Shown here one piece after another: positions 51,433 to 64,000 of a stretch of 64,000 bases of DNA (its first letter is position 1; the number at the start of each line of letters is the position of its first letter). This DNA is from Phyllobates terribilis (taxonomy: Eukaryota). Where the stretch lies: assembly GCF_046119375.1 (NCBI RefSeq), contig NW_027362772.1, positions 151,528,001 to 151,592,000 of the forward strand, read 5' to 3'. The notes under the pieces were generated by a model that did no database searches, was not told where the DNA came from, and saw only the letters and a program-made list of their open reading frames with translations. Position numbers and translations under genes: made by a program.

Positions 51433-54400
51433 TAATGATGAGCGAGCATGCTTGCAACTGTTGGAACTCGCCCGAGCCTCTCACTGTTCGAGCTGCTCGG
51501 TGCTCAGCGAGTACTTCCTGGATGCTCGGATGGGAGCTCAAGTCCCCGCCCTGCATGTTTGCTGCTGTTTAGACGGCGAATAAACATGTGGTGATTGCCT
51601 GCCAATCACTGTAATACCGCAGCCATGTTGGTTGTGGCATTAAAGTGATTATCTGGCCGCATAGCGTCATCAGGTCGATATAAGACCCAGTGACCATATG
51701 CTCATCACAGTTTACCCTTCAGACAGGCAGAGTAGGGAGAGCTGCAGCTGAGTGAGGGAGAGAATTGGCGGTTTATTTAGTGAGGTATTCCACAGCAATG
51801 TACATCTAAACTAACAGTCCTTCTAAGGACTAATTCAGGTGCATATGAAGCCTGGTGATAGCAGGTGTTAGGCAGGCATAGTTTGTGGTCCTTTGCTTGT
51901 TCTGTCTGCTGCTGTTACTGATATCCATAGGGCTCATATTCCTTTTGCTCTTAATCCTGAGAATTTGCTTGAAAAGCAATATAATACACCATTTTTACTG
52001 CTCCATTTGCTTGTTCGCAGCATTCAGCCAGATTTGTTTGATTTTAATAGCATTGCTGTATTGTGGAAGCAGAGAAACTTTTCCATCTTCTCAGGTGATC
52101 CGATATTACTACGGTAATAATCCTGACATTTTTGAGAACGTGACAAATATTATACTCCATTTAAAGTCTGACAGTTGTGTGTTGTTCAAATCTATTCATA
52201 CTTGGTTGCTGACCAATATCATACTAATAGGCCACTGCCTAAAACCGTGGTCGTCAGACGTGATCCGATATTACTACAGTAATAATCCTGACATTTTTGG
52301 GAACGTGACAAATATTGTACTCCATTTCAAGTTTGACAGTTGTGTGTTGTTCAAATCTATTCATACTTTGTCGCTGACCAATACCATACTAAGAAAAACC
52401 AAAGACAAGCAAAATACCCAAATAACTGGAAGTAAATGGATAAATTGCAAGTGCATAAAAATAATAATAAAGGGTATTTAGTTAACATAATTTTGATCAA
52501 AATAATGTAAAAGCCATCCTGCCACATCACGACAACCCTTATGGGACAGTCCTAACTCTAATATTAAAACCTTACCATTTGTCAAGTGACATACATATGG
52601 ATAAGGGCAGAGAGACTGAACCCTAGTAGAAGCATGGACCTGAGAGGCAGAATGAACCTTTCAGCTCAGACAAAGGGTGGCCACACCCTTATATGCACTG
52701 AAGCACACTAAACTACAAAGAAAAAACCTATGAGTCTGAACTGAAATGTAAATTGATGTGCATGCAAAATGTAAATGCATGTTCACATAAGGCCACTAAA
52801 CAGAGAAAAACCAAAGACAAGCAAAATACCCAAATAACTGGAAGTAAATGGATAAAACGCAAGTGCATAAAAATAATAATTAATAATAATAAAGGGTATT
52901 TAGTTAACATAATTTTGATCAAAATAATGTAAAAGCCATCTCGCCAGGTCACGGCAACCCTTATGGGACAGTCCTAACTCTAATATTAAAACCTTACCAT
53001 TTGTCAAGTGACATACATACGGATAAGGGCAGAGAGAGCCTTATGTGAACATGCATTTACATTTTGCATGCACATCAATTTACGTTTCAGTTCAGACTCC
53101 CAGGTTTTTTCCAATACCATACTAGTAGGCCACTGGCTAAAACCGTGGTCATCAGATCCGATATTACTGCGGTAATAATCCTGACAATTTTGTACAAATA
53201 TTTTACTCCATTTAAAATGGACAAGGCGCGTGCCAAGGGACTGGGAAGTGGACGTGATGGTGCACGCAGAGGCCGTGGGCAAACTGAAATTGTGCCTGCT
53301 GAGAGAGCACAATAAGCACCCACATCATGTCGCCCTTCCTTCCTGTCCCACTTTGTAAGGGGCCGCGGAACACCGCTATTGAAGCCAGAGCAGTGTAAAA
53401 AGGTTGTTTGTTGGATAGCAAATAATGCTTCCAGTCAGTTTGCTATCACCATCCCCCTGTCTTCCACATGGTCCAGTCTCAGTAGCCGTGAGTCTGGACC
53501 ACATATTCCTCACCCTAATCCTCCTTCCTCCCACCATGCTGACTACCCGGAGACAAGTGATCCCACACTTGGACACTCCAAAGAGCTGTACACTTTTCCA
53601 TTTATAGATTCGGGTCTCTCGTCCGGCCCACTTCAAGTGGGGCCAGAGGAGATCGCATGTAGCGATGCCCAAATATTTGAGCAGCCACGGTCACATGAAG
53701 GCGACGGTGAGAAAGTGCAAGTACTGTCACAAGAGGTGGATGATAATGGTGAGACACAATTGCCAGCAAGTCTGGAGTAGGCCCAGGGTGTGTATGTGGA
53801 AGACGAGGTGGTGGATGATGATGTCACTGACCCAACCTGGCAAGGTGACGTGCATAACGAGGACAGCAGCACAGTGGGAAAGGGAGGTGTAGCACCACAA
53901 CAGGCAGGAACAAGCAGTGGGGTGGCCACAGAAACAATGAAGGCAACTGTTCCCCTGAACACCAACACGAGGGAAGTTGCCAGTCCAACTGTTAGGTCTT
54001 CCCGAGTCTGGCTCTTTTTTAAAGACTCTCAAGTTAACCCCAAAAAGGCCATTTGCAACATCTGCCATGCCAGCATCAACAGGGGCAGCAACACTACCAG
54101 CCTGACCACCACCAGCATGCTCAGGCACATGACAGCAAAGCATCTGACTAGTTGGGCCGAACGCCAAGGTTCAGAAACAGTATCTGCGGGTGACACCACT
54201 GCCCGTTCCACTGTTGTGCGTGCACGCCAATCCCCTGTTCATGGCTCAGGCGAAGATGCCTCCCGCCCTGTACCTGTCGTTGCACACTTGCAACCACCAC
54301 CATCAGCAACCACGTCCACGTCCTTGTCCCAGTGCAGCGTTCAGTTGTCCCTACCCCAGTCTTTTGAATGCAAGCGCAAATACGCAGCCACTGCCCCATA

Positions 54401-57400
54401 GGCCACAATAATAAACTGTCACATTTCTCAAATGCTTGCACTTGAAATATTGCCTTTTAGGCTTGTGGAGATGAAATCTTTCTGCAACCTCCTGGCGGTG
54501 GCCATCCCTCAGTACTTCATGCCCAGCCATGACTATTTCTCCCAGTGTGCCGTCCCCGCCTTACACAAGCACGTGTCCCACAACATTAGCCGTGCCCTCA
54601 TCAAAGCAGTTACTGGGATCGTCCACCTAACCACAGACACGTGGACAAGTGCTTGTGGCCAGTGACGGTACATCTCACTGACGGCACACTAGGTTAATAT
54701 AGTGAAAGCCGAGACCCAGTCGGACCCTGGGACGGAACAAGTCCTTCGGACGCTGAGGATTGCGGGCCCTCGGTCAATCAGGGTTGCCCCCACATTCTAC
54801 AGCTCCTGCACCTCCTCCTCTTCAGCCTCCATCTCCGAAATAACCACATCAGTCAGAAGCTGGAAGCACTGCAGCACTGCCTCAGCCAAGCGGCAACAGG
54901 CTGTGCTGCAGCTAATGTGCTCAGGTGACAAACCACACACCGCTGCAGAGTTGTTGACAGCTATAACAGAGCAGGCAGATCTGTGGCTGTCACAACTAAA
55001 CCTACAGCCAGGCATGGAACCTGGTGGCGGCTCTGAGGCTTGGCAACCTCGCACACTTACCATGCCTGGCCCATGTGCTAAACCTAGTGGTTCAGCGGTT
55101 TCTCAAAATCTACCCAGATCTGCCTGATCTGCTTGTGAAAGTACGCCGCGTGTGTGCCCATTTCAGAAAGTCACCTACAGCTTCCGTGCTTCAGCAGAGT
55201 TTGCTGCTTCCAGCTCACCGACTAGTATGCGATGTCACCACACTTTGAAACTCAACGTTGAATATGTTGGGAAGGATTTGTGAGCAGCAGAGGGCAGTTG
55301 TTAAGTACCAGCTTCAACACGCCTATCAGTATTCCCGTCAGCCTCCACACATAAGAGCTAATGAGTGGGCATGGATGTCTGACATCTGTGCATCCTCCAA
55401 CACTTTGAGGACTACACCAAGATGGTCAGTGGCGATGATGCCATAATTAAGGTCACTATCCCGCTTCTCTATCTACTGAAATGCTCGCTGCACACAATTA
55501 AACAGAAGTCACTGCAGGCGGAGCATGATGAGATGGAGCAAGGAACTATACAGGGTGATGCCATACAGCCCAGCCTCAACTCATCTCAATGTGGATTGGG
55601 TGATAATGAGGAGGAGGAGGAACAGGAGCTGTTTTCCTGCACTACAGACGGTACTACCCACACAACAGTTATACCGTCTGTTCAGTGTAGATGGCCTGAG
55701 AGGGAGAACGAGGAGGAGGACCAGGAAGAGGAGGAGGAGAGCATGGCAGTCGTCCTCTTGGTCAGGACAGGGAAGTCTTGGCTGTTGTCAGTCTGGCACA
55801 CATGGCTGATTTTATGTTCCGCTGCCTTTCCCGTGACCCTTGCGTTGTATGCATTTTGGCCATCAGTAATTACTGGTTGGTCACACTTCTAGACCCACGC
55901 TACAAGTGGAACTTTCTATCTCTCCTTCCCATGGCGAAGAGGTCTAATAAAATGTTGCAGTACCAGAAGGCCCTTGTAGAATTATTAAAAAAATTCCCAT
56001 CTGAAAACGCTGGCAGCAGAGGTCATAGTTTGCTGGACAACCAAGGAGTACAGGCAAGGGAGACACAAATATGATGCAGCAGAGTTAGGGGAACACTGTC
56101 AAAGGTCTGGGACAGTTTTCTCAGACCCTCCTGATGCGCGGGGTACTCTGACAAGGAGGGAAAAGTTTTGGAAGATGCTGAAGGAGTACCTTGCCGACCG
56201 TACCAACATCCTCCGTGATTCCTCTGTGCCTTATCATTATTGGGTATCCAAGCTGGACACGTGGCATGAACTGGCTCTCTACACCTTGGAGGTCCTGGCC
56301 TGCCCTGCTGCTAGGGTTTTGTCAGAGCAAGTTTTTAGTGCTGCCGGGGGCATTATAACTGATAGGTGCATCCGCCTGTCAACTGAAAATGCTGACAGGC
56401 TGACTCTTATCAAAATGAACAAGGGCTGGATTTGGCCAGACTTCCCAACCCCACCGGATGATAGCAGTGGAACATAAAGTCAAATTCAGTGTTTTTTTGG
56501 GGGGGTCTATTCCCAGGCACCTCTTCACACCCAAACATGGGTATACGCTTTAGGAATTTGTCTATTTTCTGTTGTCCTCCTTTCTCCTCATCCTCTACCA
56601 CCATATCACCAGGATGACCGTGGTGCAACACCCACATAATTTTTTTTAAGTGTGTTTATGATGCTCGTAAGAAACATTTTTAGAGGCCTACCTCTAACAT
56701 TCTGTATGCTATATAGAATGTTCATGTATACCCCCAAGGGGTAAATGTTTTTCAGCCCATGCACTTAGTGCATGGGCATTACCAATATAGGAGACCCACT
56801 CCTTAATAATGGGAACATTTTTTTTAATGAGGCCCTCCTCTACGTCTCTTCAAAGAGGTATTGCAGTGCGTCCTAATTTTTGGCAACCCCTGCAGTCACT
56901 GCATACACAATAACAGTATACGAGACCCACTCCTTAATAATGAGAACAACAAAGCATAGATGGCTGATGGCCCTCTAACAAAAGTGAGGGACGACTGGTG
57001 GCCCTCTAACAATAGTAAGGGCCGCCTGATGGCCTTGCAAAGATAGGCTTTGTAACTTTCACAGTCCCTCCTTCGTAAATGAAACAGGATGTGTCTGATC
57101 ATGTATCACACAACACATAGCCAGATAAGGTAGTAAAATGTTAACATTACATTTACTGGTGAATGTATTTTTCACCGTCGAAAGCAATGCAAAAGTGCAA
57201 AAGCGCATCAAAAACGCTACGTGTGAACATAGCCCAAGGTGTGGAGGAGAATTTTTGGTTATTTATTTTGCTACTTTTTTACTTTTATACAAGTCATTAC
57301 CCTGGAAAGAATGTTCCTTAACATTTTTTCCAGGAAAATCCATTTTGGCTTAGTTTTTGTATGTTTTATTGTGAGTCCTTAAAAGTGGCGTAATACTCTG

Positions 57401-57670
57401 ACAACATTGTTCACAGCAGTGACCTGGGAGTCAGAGATGCTTCCAGGGGTCTTCCCCATGCTTTTCCCATATAATTCGCGCACACTGCTTCCATCGATTT
57501 GGCTAATTTATAGGCCCTCTCCAGACCTTCTGGGGGGGGGCGCCGGAAAAATGCTCAAGTTTCCCATTAACTTACTTTGGGCTCGTTGCTCGTGTTGAGC
57601 ATCCCGAGCATTACAATTTGCTCGGCCTGAGCAACGAGCACTCGGGCACTTTAGTGCTCGCTTATCACTA
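51433..57670 (+). mobile_element. Full-length hAT transposon (6238 bp)
   Basis: TIRs TAATGATGAGCGAGCA and rc TAGTGATAAGCGAGCA; perfect 8-bp TSD TTCTTCAT (51425-51432, 57671-57678). Confidence 0.93.
53217..56477 (+). pseudogene. Decayed hAT/Ac-like transposase (BED finger, RNase H fold, dimerisation domain)
   Basis: SRVWLFF...AICNIC...MLRHMTAKH (BED); VHLTTDTWTS; PCLAHVLNLVVQRFL; YWVSKLDTWHELA...ACPAARVLSEQVFSAAGGIITDR...LIKMN. Several stops and frameshifts. Confidence 0.92.
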
Positions 57671-58189
57671 TTCTTCATCTCTCCTACCAACTACTATCCA
57701 TTTTTTTGCTGATTAACTCTTCATCTTCATCATAACCAACTCTCGTCTGGACCAGTTTACATTACAAATGTTGCTATACATCTTCAGTTCCTGTGCTTGT
57801 CTACTTTCCTGGCTCTTTGTCTTCTAGTGTGTCCTGATCTACCTGCCGTCCAGCTTACCTTATTGTCCTGGTCAACAATGTTGCACTTCCATCCGGCAAG
57901 TCCTGCGCGCTGTGCCATCACCATCAGTCCTTGTGTTCATCTTGGCCTGCAGCTTAATTAATCCACCTCACAAGTTGAGCCCTAAGAGTTGGGTTTGTGA
58001 TATTGTGTATAGCATTTATGTAGTGTAAAATAAATTCATTTAATGTGTAAAAGGAAGACTGCAACAAAGAATGATTCAATGTGAGCAATAATAGAAAAAT
58101 GGTGAACGCTACCAACTATATGGCTCATGAATGACATTATATAGTATGGACAGTATGATGATTCAATAGTTTGTGCTGTTACCCTGTAT

Positions 58190-58340
58190 CTTTGAGGTTC
58201 TGGGTTTGAGTGTGTACAGTGTCAGAAATCCTACTAAGAATGTATTCTCTCCTGTTCATTGATTGGACTTCCTCCAGATACTCTGGTTTCCCAACATACT
58301 CCAAGAATATAATGGGTGGGTCATTTAAGTTCTTACATAC
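58190..58340 (+). mobile_element. Highly degenerate V-SINE-like copy
   Basis: TATTCTCTCCTGTT...CTTCCTCCAGATACTCTGGTTTCCCAACATACTCCAAG resembles the SINE core. Confidence 0.4.
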
Positions 58341-59496
58341 TGTTTATACATTGAACTCAAGAAGAATTGCCCATGCAGTTAGCTCCCAAGCTAACATAAG
58401 TGTTATTATAGTGCAGCAGGTCACTCGGAAAAATAGGTAGCACACTAAAAACTGCAACTGACCCCTCTGGTTCCTGTACAGACTAAAGATCCTGACCCCG
58501 CAATACCTAGTGATTACTGTGTGAGCTGACATAGACCTAACCACAGACTATACAATGACAACTAGGACCTATGCTGTCTGAAAGGCCGTCGAGCGCTTCA
58601 CGTTGCTACTAAAGAACCGGAGGGCAAGAACAGAGTATAAATTACCTACAGAAGGGAAAGTGTGCTGAAATAGAAAGAGATACCAGAGTGAGTAAAACAA
58701 ACCACGAAATACAAAATAAAGGATTAAGTACGTACTGTTAGAGAATATGCTGCCTACTTCCTGAAAAGATACAGAAGATAGGTGCAGAGTAAAGAACATA
58801 AACAGCAGAGATAAACCCTAGTTGGTCTTTCACTGACTGGCTTAAATTACAGCAGTATGACTGGACATCCAAATGAGACTATCACCAGCAGCAAATACCA
58901 GCAGGGGGAAAGTATATAAAGCTGCACCGAAAGGTAATAGGGCAGAATAATGAGTAAATGAAAACCCATGTTACCCTAAAAAGACTGAAGCAAGGTTAAC
59001 AGAAACTAAACACCCAGAGAAAAAGTTTATCTGCTGTGGCTTGGCGGACAGAGAAGTCAACCACAAAGCACAGGCTCAGGGGTTTGAACTCAGAGGCACC
59101 ACAGTAAGTAGTGGCTTGGCACTTGGTAGTGTTTCTTGCTTTGGATGACCTGTGTTGCTTATCACTACAAAGAGAACTCAAATATTTAAAAGTATGTAAT
59201 GCTTATACAGGTTAGAAATGATCGCTAAAAGTCCAAGAAGGGGGAAACTTTATGATGTGATTATTGTCAAGGAACCCTGTCAAGAAGTAGGTATGATCAA
59301 GAGAATAAAATTCTGTTAAGGCACAGTAGTAAAAACGTGTACTTGCCCAAAAACAAGACTTATTTCTTGGGTAAAAATAGTCATAAAAAAAAAATAAAAG
59401 ATACCAGGTCAAGGAAAACTTGGACAAACAACCTGCACACCACATGTGTGATAGGAACCCTGTGTACCCTACATTAAGCCACCTAGCCCCACTTTG

Positions 59497-59618
59497 AATT
59501 TGGTTTGGTGGTGACTTCAGGGTTTGAATTTGGTTTGGTGCTTACTTCAGTGTTTGAATATGGTTTGGTGCTGACTCTAGATTTCCAATCTGGTTTGGTG
59601 CTGGCTTTCAGTGTTGGT
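59497..59618. repeat. 30-nt tandem repeat (~4 copies, TGGTTTGGTG core)
   Basis: Directly visible. Confidence 0.8.
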
Positions 59619-62609
59619 TTATATGATTATTACCAGTATTTATCAGTGTGTATACAGCTCGTAAATAGAGTTGAACAAAAAAATTTGCAGGATTTTGGTC
59701 AAGCGGCCACTTTGGTAGTCTATTACAACTGAACCCGGACCATGAAAACCTTCTCCTACCTGCCTTAATCCCTGGATAATCGTCTGATTAGTTGGTCTGA
59801 AATGATGTCATGCATGCTTCACTCCACATCGATGATGTTGTTCCAAGTCATCTTATCAGAAGAGCCCCTGGGGCTGCCGGCAGGTAGGAGGAAGTTGAAG
59901 GGCACTGGTCCGACTGCCATGGACCACCAAGTTGGCGGCTGATTAAGGGTTCTTTTTGCTCAACACCACTCACAAATGAATATATTAATGTATATGCATT
60001 ATACATGCAAGAAGAAACCTCAAAAAAGTCTGCTCTCATCAAAATGGCATCTACAAGATGAACATTAGATGTAGGTCAGGCAATAAAACCGTATGTATTG
60101 AATGTTCTTGGTATAGAGAAAATAATAATGCACATTACACAATTCCATCAGTTTAAAATCACTGACTGAAGCATCAACCATTATGTCCACTCTGCATGTT
60201 CTTGGATCAATGGGCTCCTCTTCCTGTCCGCTGGATTAGCCGCTCTTATTATGTGAGGGAAAGGGGAGCGCGAGCTATTTAGAGGATGTAAAGTCTTCAT
60301 TGATGCTTAGCAATATATTGCGACTAATAACTCGCGCTGCCTGCCTAGTGCCCTTTGAACCCATTTAAACATCAATATTCCTCAAGGTTAAAGGGCATCT
60401 GGGATAGATACCAAACAAATTTAACATTTCAGTTATGTGTCTCTTGGGAATACGTTAAGCTACTTTAGATCATCTCATAGTTGAAGGCGCTTTCAATATT
60501 ACCAGAGTGTGGATCCATTCAGAATCACTTTCCATCTTCTACCTGGGTATCTATTATCCACATCTATTTATAGAGATTTATTACCTCCATGTGAGCATTT
60601 CAGCTATACGATTCTCTTCTTTACAGAAATGCCATGAATTTGGATGGATCAATGTATGGTATAAATCCCACCAAGCCAATTTCCCTTGGTTTATCTTCAA
60701 CTTTATTTTGGTCTTGAGCAGAAGACTTGAGTAATCTGAGCTCAATAATTGGATAGGAAAGCTCTGCCTCACATTCAAAAGGGTGACCCTATAAGGTAAC
60801 GTACCAGAGGCAGAAACTTGGCCTAAGACATCGGGTAAAATAATCTGCATACTTACCTATAATCTCAATTTTACCAGGAAAATCCTGCAATCTTCAATCT
60901 ATAATAAGAAAATGTCCCAAAGTAGGTATTTTGGGGATTCCTGTGTTTTCCAAGGTGTGGAACAAGGGCTGAAATGTCTCAATTTTGGTTAATCAAATGT
61001 TGGGAAGAATGAGGGTTTTCTCAACTCAGAAATTTCTTTTTAAGAACACGTGTCTAATAATAGTAAAAGTGGTTGTCTCATCTGTGTCACCTTTCTAGGG
61101 CATAGATATGAATGTCATAATAGGCCTCCCATTCATGACTATCCAGGACCATCTTTTATGAGCGAGAGCCGTTAGCAGACTTCAACCATCACTGTATTGT
61201 TTGTATGTCCTTTCATCCAAATTCCCACCTTGTAAAGCTCCCATACACTTTAGATGGCTCCAGCTGAGCGATGGTTCAGTCAATTCTCCAGCCAGCAGCT
61301 ATCTGGCCCGACTCTCGAATACACAAGAGCACTTGTTCTGCCGAGCACTCCTGTGTTCTCCATTAAAGAGCCACTGACAAGACATCTCTGGAGGTCTTTA
61401 GACTGAAGGTCTGTTGCAACGACTGATCTATCTAATCTATTATCACACCATTTTTTCTTGTCCCATCACCTTTGACAATAATCAAAAACATATTTAGGTT
61501 TGTCTGGTTTAAAAACGCAGACCCTGATGAACTTAGGGACATTATTCTTTATCTGCATAGCCTTTAGTGCATAATACCATTCTGGTAAAATCTCAGAAGA
61601 TGCACTCCATGCCCCTCATACTGGAGGATTTGTCTTTTTTGACCCCATATTGCTTAGACATACTCTCCTGCAGTGGTCTTATACTGAAACCTCCACTGCA
61701 ACACTTACTGTTTCGGCTCACCTGGTAAGGTGGATCCTCCAAGCCCCAGGTCCGGGTGGGCACACGGGCCATGATCGTCAGGGTAGCAGGCAGGTAAGAT
61801 ACGTGAGAAGCAAGGCACATGCAGGAAACTCAGGACAGTAGGACAGGTGCGGAGGAACAATGCAAGGAGATTTGCAGAATCAGGGTGTTGGAGCACAAAT
61901 GGTGGAGCACACCAAACACTAGAGTCTTAAGCCTTGTGAGCATTATATAGGCAGACGATTACATGGGAGCACACCAGGCCACTTGCAAAGCTCAATGTAG
62001 AGCACAACAGAGTTCAGTGGACCAGGGTTAAGGGAGCAGAGCCCAGTTCGGGACAGGTGTGTGACATTTACAAGATAAAGGGTTACTATGCTACCGGTGC
62101 TCATTGTCCGCTTTGTTAGTTTTCGTGGTGGACCAAGTACTGTCTCTTCATTCAGCTACAGAATTGTCCTATTTTTGTCAGCCCCCGGTAACCATATTTT
62201 ACTGTATCCATATGACAGACTACAGAGAAAAAGCATACAGTACCTATATTTGTGATGCGACACCCCACACAGTACTTTGGGTATTTGTTGGCCGAAATGC
62301 CCACTTTGTGTACACAGGGCCTAATTCTGCATAACAAAACAGATTTATATGTCATTTGGGATTTGTGGTCAGCTTGGTTGGCAAATATATTTGTACTGTA
62401 AAGGCTACTATTAGCGGTTTTCATCTTTTGGCAGTCAACCCATATGTTGTGACAATGTAGTTGCTTTATATCCAAAATGTATTAAAACGGTAAAAATGTC
62501 CGAATAAGTCAGATATTAAAAGACTAGACAAGAAACCATTCCAGGGGTGCAGGTCTAGAAGGTGCGAAGTGGGTACCTGATGGAGCCCAAAGGAAGACAC
62601 TAATATGGC

Positions 62610-62655
62610 ATATGCCTGATGAAGAGACCTGAGTAGTCTGGAAAGCTTACAATTT
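62610..62655 (+). ncRNA. Minimal type I hammerhead-like motif (Penelope-like tail)
   Basis: CTGATGA (62616-62622), AGAC-ctgagta-GTCT stem II, GAAA (62641-62644), palindromic AAGCTT stem III. Confidence 0.5.
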
Positions 62656-63029
62656 GTTACCCTCTTTTCAGTTAGCCATTAAAAGGTATCAACCACTGAG
62701 GACTCTCAAATCTAAATTTATTTTGACCACAGCTGGTATTTCTAGGTCCCTGATTGTATGGGGAAATGTTCTGTTATTTTATACTAGACTTCGAAAGAAA
62801 AATCTGCAGTAGACAAATCACAAACTGACGGCATTAATCTAAAATAAAAGAAGCAGCAATTTATTTGTACAGATTTTAATGTGCGTCTTTATCCAATTTA
62901 GCCCATTAGTAGATTAAATATAATTTATTATGTTAGCAAAAATCGTAATGTTCCTATAACATAAATGTTCCGGATTTATGGAGCTTGTAGATACTAGTGC
63001 ATAAAACATGTCTAAAACGATGAGACATT

Positions 63030-63280
63030 AAATGGCTTGTTTTTTATGTATTTGAAGAAGAAGATACGCAGTATAATCGTCTCCTGCACAATCCCCTGTG
63101 GGTACCTGCCATGGACCTGGGTATGTATCCTGGGGCCTATAATTGTGATTGTTAGAGAACCCCTTTCCCTTATCTGACCAGTGCCTGAAAGTGCCCAAGG
63201 CATTTTTAGTGTCCAGTAACTCCCGGTTCATACCTGGTAATTGTCCCAAATATGCTCTGCTGAAGATAATGGGGTCCATT
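63030..63280 (-). pseudogene. Possible decayed Penelope-like ORF fragment (RT-endonuclease linker)
   Basis: DPII...YLGQLPGM...GTF...RPQDTYP loosely resembles the PLE linker and Zn-finger region; judged by eye only. Confidence 0.25.
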
Positions 63281-63542
63281 CATTGAGACTGGCGTCTGAT
63301 ACTCACCGTGTGCCGTCACCAGAAATGAATTTCTAGAGCAAGTTATGCCACTAGTGGCATAACTTCTGATAAATTAGCCGGGTAGGACCACGTCCTGTCC
63401 CGACCACGCCAATATTGCCATAGCTGACCAAGATTGGTGAGTAAACTTCAAAAGTTGCAATATTTTTGCGGAATTGCCAAGTTGAGCAAAAATATTGCAA
63501 TTTATTGAGATTTAAGGCATAAGACAGGAGAAAAACCTGGCT

Positions 63543-63582
63543 TTATCCTGATGAAGACGTTTGAAACCTCGAAACGTATTGA
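63543..63582 (+). ncRNA. Minimal type I hammerhead-like motif
   Basis: CTGATGA (63548-63554), stem II GACGTT-tga-AACCTC, GAAA (63571-63574), CGTATT; AATAAA at 63585. Confidence 0.45.
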
Positions 63583-63754
63583 CCAATAAACCGCAGAAAT
63601 TGATTCCTGTCTTCTCATCATCCTTTGATGGCAGTTTAGTTTAACCCATTTTATTTCCAGTGCTTCAGATTTAAGGCATAAGCACCTTAACGAATTGCCT
63701 CCATGAAGTTCATCAGTATTAGGGGAGTCAGAAAATACTAAATTACCGCTCTTC

Positions 63755-64000
63755 AGGTAACAGACCTCACAAATTATGTATCGACATCAAGTAGCAGAAA
63801 CATCTTAAGATCAACTGTGTTGAAGAGACTACAAGAAGCAGACCTCTATGGTTGAATTGCAGTAAAGAAGCCACTACCGAAGACTACAAAGAAGAAGACA
63901 CTTGTTCGGGTCAAACAACACAAGGCCTGAACAATAGTTCAGTGAAAATCTGTGGTCTGATGATTCAAAAGTTGAGATTTTTGGTACCAACCGCTATGTT
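63755..64000 (+). pseudogene. Tc1 transposase fragment running off the window end
   Basis: STVLKRLQEADLYG*IAVKKPL...SDDSKVEIFGTNRYV. Confidence 0.8.

Noticed and set aside
51885-52481. 198-aa hydrophobic ORF
   Set aside because: Lies in the duplicated subterminal region of the hAT element; its internal repeat reflects the DNA duplication.
60000-61700. Decayed L1 ORF2 on the minus strand
   Set aside because: Only isolated motif-like words (QETH, WWDLY...HP), in the wrong order for an L1 endonuclease; not supportable without an HMM search.

Overview
Vertebrate nuclear DNA, most likely from a frog (inferred from the T2/Kolobok MITEs, V-SINE-like elements, Tc1, Gypsy, hAT and Penelope-like repeats; the species cannot be determined). 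One intact protein-coding gene is present: RPS9 (uS4) on the + strand. It has a TATA/TOP promoter near 6.8 kb, a non-coding first exon, and four coding exons (7548-10635) that splice to 585 nt (194 aa). A CpG-rich promoter-like region at about 1.2-1.7 kb probably belongs to a - strand gene that runs out of the window. The remaining ~53 kb is a mosaic of transposon relics, several with verifiable TIRs or TSDs, plus large strand-asymmetric minisatellites that explain most long ORFs in the track. The most interesting observations are: (1) a candidate poison exon in the last RPS9 intron carrying two near-identical hairpins, possibly an autoregulatory splicing switch; (2) four minimal hammerhead-ribozyme-like cores; (3) a shared AGGTGAGTA + T-tract cassette that precedes three unrelated minisatellite arrays with the same polarity; (4) a perfect 168-bp AT-rich palindrome; (5) a Tc1 fold-back. 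All coordinates were read by eye and no database searches were run.
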